From a bacterium (GTDB taxonomy: Bacteria; Hinthialibacterota; Hinthialibacteria; Hinthialibacterales; Hinthialibacteraceae): a stretch of DNA of 31,521 bases. The notes under the pieces were generated by a model that did not search any database, had not been told where the DNA came from, and saw only the letters and a program-made list of their open reading frames with translations. Each line of letters begins with the position of its first letter. Position 1 is the first letter of the stretch. Of the stretch, positions 20,795-29,304 are shown piece by piece. A program made the translations under genes and the position numbers. Location of the stretch: contig CAXXSM010000046.1 in assembly GCA_963663405.2 (NCBI GenBank), positions 1 to 31,521 on the forward strand. Reading direction: 5' to 3'.

Positions 20795-20924
20795 GAAAAT
20801 GAGTCCCCAGTACTTTCTCATTCGCAAACACTTCCGCGACTCATTTTCATTTGCAGGTTGTGATCTTAATCATGTTGGTTTATATAAATATCCCCATGAA
20901 GGAAAGCAATTTTCCGTTTTTTTT
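20795..20924 (+). ncRNA. Structured hppA 5' leader: candidate Na+/Li+-type riboswitch with terminator
   Basis: TATAAT at 20783-20788. 11-bp inverted repeat 20795-20805/20838-20848. GGUUG-[UGAU-CUUA-AUCA]-UGUUGG module at 20856-20878. Hairpin GGAAAG-CAA-TTTTCC then G and T8 at 20901-20924. The class assignment is from recollection, not a covariance search. Confidence 0.4.
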
Positions 20925-20972
20925 AATATGAGGATAAACGAATTAGAATCCATAGAATAAAAGGAGTGGCAA

Positions 20973-23018
20973 ATGGAACTGATCTTTGCTGGCATTGCGG
21001 CAGTCGTAGCCTTGGGCATGGTAGTTTACTTGTCAAAGGAAGTGAAGGATCGAGATCCGGGCAATCAACAGATGCAGGACATCTCGAAGATGGTGCAGGA
21101 AGGCGCGCGGGCGTTTTTGAAGCGGGAATACATCTGGGTGTTTTCTTTCGTGATTGTTATCGCGGTTATTTTCTCTTTCACCCCATTAACCTGGAAAACC
21201 GCGCTCACATTCGTGATTGGCGCAGTAGTTTCCGCGGCGGCGGGATACATCGGCATGTCAATCGCGACCTTGGCGAATTGCCGCACAACCCACGCGGCCG
21301 AATCGGGCGGTTTAAAAGAGGCGCTGAGTGTCGCAGTGTCCGGCGGCGCGGTCATGGGCCTTTCCGTTGTGGGCCTCGCTCTCTTGGGCTTGGTGATTGT
21401 CTACGCCATTTGGGGGAAAACTGAGGGCGGTCAAGATATTGTCAATGGATACGCGATGGGCGCCAGTCTGATGGCTCTCTTCGCCCGTAGCGGCGGCGGC
21501 ATCTTCACCAAAGGCGCTGACATGGGCGCCGATCTGGTCGGAAAAGTAGAGAGTGGCCTGCCAGAAGACGATCCCCGCAATCCCGCTGTTATCGCTGACA
21601 ACGTCGGGGATAACGTAGGGGATGTCGCCGGTTTGGGCGCTGACTTGCTGGAATCGTACGTCGAATCCATCATCGCTTCGCTGGCGATTGCGGTTGTGGT
21701 GATCGCGAATTATACAGATCAATCCACTGCCCCGTTCTTTTTGACCATGTTCCCGTTCGCGGTCGCCGGAATCGGGATCTTCGCATCCATCGCGGGTATT
21801 TTCGTCGTCAAACAGTTCGGTTCAACCAATCCACAAAGCGCCTTGATGAACGGCACATACGCCGCCGCTGGGATTTCTATTGTCCTGACCGCTCTGCTGG
21901 TCGCGATCTTCGGTGGTTCATGGGTCGACGGCGAGGCTGAATATGGACAGTGGGCGCCGTTTTTAGCCACACTGATCGGCATTATTTCCGGCGTGATCAT
22001 CGGTTTTGTCAGTGAATATTACACCTCGTCCCGTTACCGTCCCGTGAGAAAACTGGCGGAGAACTGCCAAACCGGTCCAGCCATCACCGTTACGGATGGG
22101 ATCGCGTTGGGAATGGAAAGCACGGTAGGGCCGATTATCGTCCTGGCCATCGCCGTCTTACTTGCGTTCCATTGCGGCGGATTTTATGGTGTCGCCATGG
22201 CGGCTCTGGGGATGCTGGCGACAACCGGTATGGTCGTCGCGGTCGATTCCTATGGCCCAATCGCCGACAACGCGGGCGGTATCGCCGAAATGGCCGGCCT
22301 CGATCCGAAAGTTCGTGAGATCACGGACAATCTCGATGCCGTCGGCAATACGACCGCCGCGATCGGAAAAGGCTTCGCCATTGGTTCAGCGGCGTTTGCG
22401 GCTATCGGTCTTGTTTCCGCGTTTCTGGTTTCGACCGACTTGGATCCATCCCAGATTACATTGATCAATGTAAAAGTTATCGCGGGGCTGCTGCTGGGCG
22501 GTATGCTGCCGTTTTATTTCTCTTCGCAGCTCTTCCGCGCTGTATCGAAGGCCGCATTTAAAATGATCGAAGAAGTCCGCCGTCAGATCCGAGAGATTCC
22601 CGGCCTCCTGGAAGGAACCGCCAAACCGGATTCGAACCGCTGCGTCGATATCAGCACACAGGGCGCTATCCAAGGGATGCTTATACCGGGCGCGATGGCG
22701 ATTCTCGTACCGCCGGTCATCGGCTTGTTAATGGGACCGGAAGCGCTGGCGGGTGTATTGATCGGCTCCGTCGTCACCGGTGTTGTGCTGGGCATCCAGT
22801 GCGCCAACAGCGGCGGCGCGATGGACAACGCTAAAAAGTACATCGAAGAAGGCCATTTCGGTGGCAAAGGCTCCGAAACGCATAAAGCCGCCGTTGTAGG
22901 CGATACGGTCGGCGATCCATTGAAGGATACCGTTGGCCCTTCGATCAACATTCTCATCAAACTCATGGCCGTCATTTCCCTCGTCCTCGCTCCCTTGTTC
23001 AAAGTGACGATTGGGTAA
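20973..23018 (+). CDS. hppA: Membrane-integral cation-translocating pyrophosphatase, K+-dependent type (likely Na+-pumping)
   Basis: GGIFTKGADMGADLVGKVE, EDDPRN, IADNVGDNVGD, DSYGPIADNAGG, GNTTAA (Ala marks K+ dependence), DNAKK and GDTVGDPLKD motifs; AAGGAG RBS. Confidence 0.95.
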   Translation: MELIFAGIAAVVALGMVVYLSKEVKDRDPGNQQMQDISKMVQEGARAFLKREYIWVFSFVIVIAVIFSFTPLTWKTALTFVIGAVVSAAAGYIGMSIATLANCRTTHAAESGGLKEALSVAVSGGAVMGLSVVGLALLGLVIVYAIWGKTEGGQDIVNGYAMGASLMALFARSGGGIFTKGADMGADLVGKVESGLPEDDPRNPAVIADNVGDNVGDVAGLGADLLESYVESIIASLAIAVVVIANYTDQSTAPFFLTMFPFAVAGIGIFASIAGIFVVKQFGSTNPQSALMNGTYAAAGISIVLTALLVAIFGGSWVDGEAEYGQWAPFLATLIGIISGVIIGFVSEYYTSSRYRPVRKLAENCQTGPAITVTDGIALGMESTVGPIIVLAIAVLLAFHCGGFYGVAMAALGMLATTGMVVAVDSYGPIADNAGGIAEMAGLDPKVREITDNLDAVGNTTAAIGKGFAIGSAAFAAIGLVSAFLVSTDLDPSQITLINVKVIAGLLLGGMLPFYFSSQLFRAVSKAAFKMIEEVRRQIREIPGLLEGTAKPDSNRCVDISTQGAIQGMLIPGAMAILVPPVIGLLMGPEALAGVLIGSVVTGVVLGIQCANSGGAMDNAKKYIEEGHFGGKGSETHKAAVVGDTVGDPLKDTVGPSINILIKLMAVISLVLAPLFKVTIG

Positions 23019-23050
23019 ACGGATAGGCTCATACGAATTGTAATGACAGC

Positions 23051-23082
23051 AAGGGGCGCTCGATTGAGCGCCCCTTTTGTTT
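23051..23082 (+). terminator. Intrinsic terminator after hppA
   Basis: AAGGGGCGCTC-GATT-GAGCGCCCCTT followed by TTGTTT. Confidence 0.85.
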
Positions 23083-23187
23083 CGTTCAAACCAATTTGAA
23101 ATTTCTGTCGTAATCCTGTATGATTTCTCAATACGCATTGCCGCGATTCATTGTAGTACGATTCCATCTAACAAGGCGCATTGAATA

Positions 23188-24196
23188 ATGAAACGAAAAT
23201 GGCGCAGTCAAGTTTTTCTAGTACTTCTTCTACCTTTACTACTATTCTTAGTGTTCGCGTGTGGAACCACATCCCACAATGGTTCACTCGCGCTGGAACC
23301 GGTTTCTCCCGGCGTGGGCGAAAGAATCATGATCGACCGGGTTGTCATCGTGGTGGATTCGTCCTGGTCGATGGCCCGGAAACGGTATCGAACCGCGAAA
23401 TCCGTAGTGGAATCGATGGTTTCCTGGATGCCGAATGGGGATTACGAAGTGGGATTAGTCGTGTTTGGGGACAATAAAAGCACCGCCGCTTCACTCGTTC
23501 CATTCCCACCGGCTCGATTTATTTACCCAGGTCCGCCATATCCCCTATTTCGGTGGATTGACGCTATTCGAAGCCGGATTCCAGGAACTCTATCGGACCT
23601 TGGAAGGCGTATCAGACCGGACCGCCGTTGTCTTTATCACCGATGGTTCTCCTTCCGATCCGGAGAAGGCCCTCAGCGCCGCCAGGATGTTTGTGGACGC
23701 ACAGCGTGGAACAATTGATATTCATGCGATTCAAATCGGTGATGACGCGGCCGCGCGGGACTACCTGCAGGATATCATCTCCATGAGCGATTTCGGCGTA
23801 TATGAGACGGCGGTAATGGCGCAGGATCCTCACCGGATGCGCGAATTCGTCCGGTCGGTGTTTATCGGGCCTGGAGTGACGTTCGCCTATAACAGCGCCG
23901 CGTTGCGATCGCACTGCTATCCGGCGTTGGACCAAGTGGCGTCGTTTTTGAAGAGAAATCGATCGTATAAAATCTACATCGACGGTCACGCGGATTCACG
24001 CGGCTCGGAAATCTACAACGATCCCCTCTCTCACCGCAGAGCGCAGGCCGTCAAAGATTATCTCATCAAAAAAGGCATAGGAAGCAGCCGCCTGATCGTC
24101 CGCGCGTTCAGTAAAATCAAACCACTGCGGGAGAACGCCTATAAACAGAATGATGCGCTTAACCGGCGGGTGGAGTTCACATTGATCCGGCAATGA
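23188..24196 (+). CDS. Lipoprotein with vWA domain and C-terminal OmpA-like peptidoglycan-binding domain (frameshift near 23500)
   Basis: Lipobox LVFA-C; MIDAS motif DSSWS; GGLT and VFITDG; OmpA motifs DGHADSRG...N..LS.RRA.AV..YL and NRRVEF. Confidence 0.82.
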
Positions 24197-24324
24197 TTCA
24201 TTGACCCGTTTTCTCTGAATGATAGAATCACTCCAATTCGTTGCGAGTGGCTTATGCTTTCGATCAGGAAAGAACACATAATCACTATCAATTTATAATC
24301 CCAAAAATCCACGAGGTATTCACC

Positions 24325-25789
24325 ATGAAGAATTCGATTGACCGGCGTTTTTTCATGAAATCCACAGCGGCGTCCGCTATGTTTTCGGCTTTTTCCTTTA
24401 ATCCTTCCGCATTTGGGGTGGATTATCCTTTGGATATGCCTTTACGGAAAAAAGAACCCGCTGTTGTGCGTGGAGCGTTCTTTTATCCACCGGCGGATGT
24501 GGTCTATGCAGGGGAATTTGAGGATTCGTGGAGCCGGGAAAAATGGTTCACCTGGCCGGGAAATCAATTCGAACCCGAAGCCCAGCACGAAAAATTCTCG
24601 GCGCAGTTGAAAAGGATCACAAACGATCTCGACATCGATCTCAAGATGGATGAAAAATCCATCTATACCAATGCGGGAATTGAAGCGTTCATCAAAGAAA
24701 TCCAGACCAACAAACCGGACGCTCTATTACTCTTCAATTTCTGGAACACAATGAGCGGGAAATTGAAAGCAGTATTGGACGCGTTTGATGGGCCGATTAT
24801 TGTGTATCATCCCCTCGGCGCGAATCATCAGCTTCCTCCCAAGCATTTCATGACGGCGCCGCTCACACAGTACATTCACTCCATCGAAAACTGGGACGCT
24901 TTGGAACGAGGTCTGCGTTCGATTCACGCGCATTCCCGCGTTTCGAAAAGCCGGTTGCTTCGAATTTCTGGACGCGCCAAGGAGGAAAAAGCGTATGCGG
25001 AACCGGTGTTCGGAACAAAGGTTCTCGATATCCCCGCGCAGCAATTCAACGACCTGTTCGATTCAATCGAAGTCACATCTGCGATGAAACGCTTCGCTAA
25101 ACCGGTCCGTGAAGAAGCGATGCGCGTGTATGATTTAAGTGACAAGGCGTTTGATGACGCCGTGCGTTCTCATGTGTCGGTGCTCAAGATGTTGGAGCAA
25201 CATGAAGCCGACGCGATCACGATTGAATGTTTGTTCCTCAAACACCGCAAACCCTGCTTGAGTTTTTCGATCAACAATGGAAACCTGATTCCATGCGGTT
25301 GCGAAAATGATTTTAACGCCTCCATGTCACTGATGATCGGATCGAATTTATTCGGCCGTGGAGGTTTCCAGCACAATCCCGAATTCGACACGGAAGAGAA
25401 TCTCTATTTCGCTTCCCACTGCACCTGCGCGACAAAACTGCATGGTCCGGACGGGCGTTCGGAAAAGTATTGGCTGCGTCCATTCTTCCATCAAATGCCG
25501 AAAACCTTGGCGCTGGATGTAATCTGGCCGGCCGGAGAACCGTTGACGCTGTTTAAATTCAATTCAAACGAAAAACAGTTGAATTCATGGATCGGCGAAT
25601 GCATCGAATCCCCCGAATGCCCCCCCACCCGGAGGCTGCGCCACCCGCGTACTAGTCAAAATACGGGATGTAAACAATATCTGCGACATCTACCCCGGCC
25701 CCCATCCAATCCTATACTGCGGAGATTTCGGACGGCAGGTTAAGACATTTGCGGAATTGTATGGGTTGGAACTGCGGACGAATGCGTAA
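24325..25789 (+). CDS. Tat-signal protein with L-fucose/L-arabinose isomerase-like fold (frameshift near 25630)
   Basis: IDRRFFMK Tat motif; DAITIECL..PCL, CGCEND and ASHCT motifs. Corrected C-terminus GGCATRV...PHPILYCGDF...ELRTNA* ends at 25789. GAGG RBS. Confidence 0.6.
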
Positions 25790-25798
25790 AAAAAATGT

Positions 25799-25866
25799 GT
25801 AGGGTGGGCTAAAAGCGAAGCGTAGCCCACCATCCAATTTGATATTAACAAGATATGGCGCCCTAC
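25799..25866 (+). repeat. REP-like element, copy 1 (intact GTAG-type palindrome with a degenerate inverted partner)
   Basis: GTAG, then GGTGGGCTA-AAAGCGAAGCG-TAGCCCACC (perfect 9-bp stem). CCCTAC, the reverse complement of GTAGGG, lies at 25861-25866. Confidence 0.75.
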
Positions 25867-25898
25867 TCTTCGCTCTTAACCCTTCACCTTTAATTCAC

Positions 25899-25939
25899 AA
25901 TAGTCAAAGATTGACTATTCCCTCCAATAGGAGTATCCT
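25899..25939 (+). promoter_or_regulatory. Promoter/operator of the ParD-like gene
   Basis: TTGACT (25911-25916), 17-nt spacer, TATCCT (25934-25939). Perfect palindrome AATAGTCAA-AGA-TTGACTATT (25899-25919) and CTCC-AATA-GGAG in the spacer. Confidence 0.6.
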
Positions 25940-25968
25940 AGCCAAAAAATCCAAATAGGAGAAAAAAC

Positions 25969-26268
25969 GTGCCGCAACGTAACATAAACTTTTCTGAAAC
26001 ACAAAACGGATTTATTGCCCGGATGATTCAAGATGGTATTTACAGCAATGCCAGTGAACTCGTCCGTGCGGCCATGCGTCAGTTTCAGGAAAATCACGAA
26101 CGCCGGGAGATGGAATGGGCGCAGTATTTAAGAGCCGTTGGTGAAAAAGCATTGGAAGCCGTAAAACGCGGCGAAGGAACCGACATCACCGATCCGGAAG
26201 ACCGCCAACGCGTATTTGACGAAATTAGAGAACGGGCGCTAGAAAGCCTGGAACGTAATGAACTATGA
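25969..26268 (+). CDS. ParD-like (CC2985 family) RHH antitoxin, orphan
   Basis: NINF....FI...I..G.YSNASELVRAAMR signature; GTG start with AGGAG RBS. Confidence 0.8.
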   Translation: MPQRNINFSETQNGFIARMIQDGIYSNASELVRAAMRQFQENHERREMEWAQYLRAVGEKALEAVKRGEGTDITDPEDRQRVFDEIRERALESLERNEL

Positions 26269-26505
26269 AATGAAGACTGTAATCCCTCCCTTTTCTAGTC
26301 AAAATATAAAACGCTTTCATATTCAAATATAATAATGAACTTAAACGTAGGATTTGGGTAGAATTTACTTTGATTTTATTGTGATATCCCCCGATTACTC
26401 ACCTTTTATTTCCGAATCTACTCTAAATAATATTCTTCGATTCATCTAACGAAATCTTTTATCTATCACACAAATTAGCACTCAAATATACCACATTAAT
26501 ATCTA

Positions 26506-26533
26506 TTGACTTAATTATCATACCCACTATTAT
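26506..26533 (+). promoter_or_regulatory. Putative sigma70 promoter at the head of the AT-rich gene run
   Basis: TTGACT (26506-26511), 16-nt spacer, TATTAT (26528-26533). The AT-rich context raises the chance of a random match. Confidence 0.4.
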
Positions 26534-26585
26534 CATAAATAAAATATCCGCGCGTAATATATCACACAATGAGAAGGAATGAAAA

Positions 26586-27188
26586 ATGGAAATATATGAA
26601 TGGAATGTTTTAATTCAAACATTAATTGGTTCATTAATCGGTAGCGCTCTGACTCTTGTTGCTACATATTATGCACATAGATTAGAAAGGAAAAAAGACA
26701 AAGAAGATGAAAACAAATTAATTTTTGGATTTCTTCAAGGAATTCACGATGAAGTTGAAACCCTTTGGGATAATTATAATGAAAAAGTAGGCACTCATGT
26801 TGAGTCATTACAAGATGGCAGCCTTTCGACAATTATTGGGCAGCCTTCCAGGAATACTTTACTATTTATTCCGAAAATGCTCATCTCATCGGTCGTGTCG
26901 ATGATCATGACTTACGGAAACAGATTGTGTCCACCTACGCAAAAGCAAAAGGTCTAATTGATTCGTATCGATTAAACAATGAGTTTGTACATAAATATGA
27001 ACAAGCATACTTGCTATATCAAGAGACAAATAACAAAGTACATGATGAACAGGCGCAAGTACGTAAACAGAGTTTAATATTATATTCAAAATTATTAAAA
27101 CAAGCGCACATGGAAGTCAAAATCGAAGTTCAAATTTTGTTGAGATCATTACGAAAAACAAGGTGTACTAACAAAGAAAAATATCTAA
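26586..27188 (+). CDS. Hypothetical helical protein with one N-terminal TM segment (about 200 aa; frameshifts near 26817 and 27155)
   Basis: Reconstructed read-through ...SLQDG/QPFDNYWAAFQEYFTIYSENAHLIG...STYAKAKGLIDSYRLNN...RSLRK/QGVLTKKNI*. AAGGA RBS. Confidence 0.6.
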
Positions 27189-27238
27189 CTCGTCTTTTAT
27201 ATCATGAAAATTGTACAAACCCGAAAGGATCTAAAGAA

Positions 27239-27926
27239 ATGCCAGCAGAACGAAATGAGCCTCGTATTTCCATCAATAAATTAGGTGAATATTTAGTTGC
27301 AACACCAGCGCGCCGTCTCCGTATCATCAAAGATCAGAAAAATCCCAGGAATTTCATCGTGACGCGCTACCAAGAAGCTACAGAAGCAATTATCTCTTTC
27401 CTAGAAGACGGCGCAAGGAATGACACAATAATTGAAACGGCAATTGATGTACTCTTACAAAAGTCAAATTTAACTGAGTTTCAAGAACAAGATCGTGACT
27501 GTAGTATTGAAGCACTCGAGTCACTACTCGATATTGCAGATGAAATCAACCTCGATGGCTTTCAATGTAAACGTGGAGAATTAGAACAACCACGTCTAAC
27601 AATAGCGGGTGTATCGATAAGTGTACGTCCAGAGATTATTATAACAGGCACAAACCGAACTGGAGATATAACAATAGGGCTTCTGAAAGTATATCTCGCA
27701 AAATCACATCCTCATACTGAACAAGCTGGTTCTTACATTGGTACAGTTTTACATCAATTTGCTATGCATTACTTAGGAGAGAAAGGGACAGTGAACTATC
27801 GCCATTGCCAAACACTTGATGTTTTCCGCAAAAAGAATACACACCGCTCCACGCTCATATCGCCAACGCCAGAATAACATTGAAGCTGCTTGTCAGGAAA
27901 TAGCACGGTCATGGGATTTTGTGTAA
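27239..27926 (+). CDS. Hypothetical protein, possible PD-(D/E)xK-like fold (about 228 aa; frameshift near 27827)
   Basis: Own AAAGGA RBS (27224-27229) and ATG at 27239 (MPAERNEPRISINKLGEY). Corrected end DVF/AKRIHTAPRSYRQRQNNIEAACQEIARSWDFV*. Confidence 0.6.
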
Positions 27927-27934
27927 AAGTAAAT

Positions 27935-27950
27935 TAGAGTAGGCTTAAAG
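27935..27950 (+). repeat. REP-like element, strongly decayed copy (left arm only)
   Basis: TAGAGTAGGCTTAAAG matches copy 1 TAGGGTGGGCTAAAAG at 13/16 positions and lies 8 nt after the stop codon at 27926. Confidence 0.45.
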
Positions 27951-28011
27951 GAAAATTGATTCCATAGAGAACACCTCTATCTATCACTTTATATAAAAGG
28001 ATATAAGTAAA

Positions 28012-28257
28012 ATGAAAATCAAGGAACTTATAGATGCACTCAGCGCATTTGATCCAGAAAATGATGTATTGTGTTATTGTGAGGAGGAGAATATATCGGC
28101 TCCTAACCATTGCTCCTTCCGCCTTTTCGATATCGAGAATATTGATGTGTCAGATGCAGAGATGATTAAGGATAATAACTACATCCCTTCTCTTAAGTTC
28201 GGTAAGACCAAACATTCCATACCACATGTTCTAATAAACATTGTGTCAGACTTCTGA
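28012..28257 (+). CDS. Small acidic hypothetical protein
   Basis: AAAGGA RBS; 81 aa; the MKIKELIDALSAFDPENDV N-terminus resembles small phage/accessory proteins. Confidence 0.65.
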   Translation: MKIKELIDALSAFDPENDVLCYCEEENISAPNHCSFRLFDIENIDVSDAEMIKDNNYIPSLKFGKTKHSIPHVLINIVSDF

Positions 28258-28263
28258 CAAGGA

Positions 28264-28304
28264 AATCAAGTAGGGCTAAGACCAGAACATAGCCCACCAT
28301 CAAC
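28264..28304 (+). repeat. REP-like element, decayed copy
   Basis: AATCAAGTAGGGCTA-AGACCAGAACA-TAGCCCACCATCAAC has the same 11-nt loop length and the same right arm as copy 1. Confidence 0.7.
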
Positions 28305-28390
28305 AAAAATACAGCACATCACTGAGAAAAACTTACATTTGGATCAACAGCATCAGAATTCACGGTCAGTATAAAACAAGCAAATAGAAC

Positions 28391-28451
28391 GCAGAACAAA
28401 CGGATCAAATCAAAACGGCTTAATAACCGGCGCTTACTCACAATGTTAGGA
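28391..28451 (+). mobile_element. Degenerate integron attC-like site
   Basis: 61 bp: GCAGAAC-AAACGGATCAA...CGG-loop-CCG...GCTTACTCACAAT-GTTAGGA, running directly into the RBS and ATG of the next gene. The L-box arms pair poorly. Confidence 0.45.
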
Positions 28452-28460
28452 GGTATTTAA

Positions 28461-28903
28461 ATGGAATGCTTGATGGATCATATCGTTTTGAATATGGAAG
28501 ACGATTGAAAAGATGATTGGTTTTTATTCGGACGTGCTGATGCTTGCCGCGGAACGGTTGGAGGAATACCGCGCAGGAAATGTGCCCTTCCCGTCTGTGC
28601 GCATGAATTCGGAGACGATTATTGACCTATTTCCGAAAAAAACTATGGCAGACGAGTTCCACTGCCGCAAAGGGCCATGAAAATTTGAATCATTTCTGCA
28701 TTGCTCTGACGAAAAAGTCGTGGGATAATTTGTTGGAGCGGCTCAACGCCCACAATATTGCTATTGAAGAAGGGCCTGTTCCACGCTGGGGAGCGCGCGG
28801 TACGGGAACATCGATTTATTTTCGAGACCCAGAAGGTAACCTGATCGAGGCGCGGTATTATGAAAGCGGCCTGCGATCAGAACCATGTTTACTTAGATCA
28901 TAA
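28461..28903 (+). CDS. VOC/glyoxalase family protein (frameshifts near 28506 and 28640)
   Basis: Reconstructed MECLMDHIVLN...FYSDVL...VPFPSVR...IIDLFP...NLNHFC...WGARGTGTSIYFRDPEGNLIE; AGGAGG RBS. Confidence 0.82.
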
Positions 28904-28924
28904 ACAGTCAAAAAGGAATACAAC

Positions 28925-29246
28925 TTGAACGGCGATACAAACAAGACCGATGTAATGGCGATCAATGAAGTACAACTGATTTTAGCGGAGAAGAGAAACC
29001 TCTCTCGCTGTGATACGGACAGGGATCGCTGTGTTAGCGTTGCCACTTTCGGTTACGAGTTTGCTGATCGCGACTTCAAAATATTATGACGTTCTCCATG
29101 TACTGCCTTTTCTGATTCCGTTGGGCGCGCTCAATCTAGCCTTAATCGTTATCGGCGCGTACCTGATTGTCCGCTCGATTATTCGAATGAGACGTTTCGA
29201 CCGCTTGATTAAGGATATCAAACAAAAACATAGTATATTAAGTTGA
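28925..29246 (+). CDS. Small two-TM membrane protein, DUF202/YidH-like (frameshift near 28996)
   Basis: TTG start with AAAGGA RBS. Reconstructed INEVQLILAEKR/TSLAVIRTGIAVL, then two hydrophobic helices. Confidence 0.6.
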
Positions 29247-29304
29247 ATTCATAACATAATGCCGTAGAAAAAACACACGGTTTGTATGCGCCGACCGACA
29301 GTCG

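Noticed and set aside
26346-26362. CGTAGGATTTGGGTAG as a fifth REP-like copy
   Set aside because: Only GTAGG matches and there is no right arm, so it cannot be distinguished from chance.
26927-27877. 316-aa ORF as a single protein
   Set aside because: It is an artefactual fusion of the 3' half of the 26586 gene and the 27239 gene. The latter has its own RBS and ATG, and both true ends appear in shifted frames.
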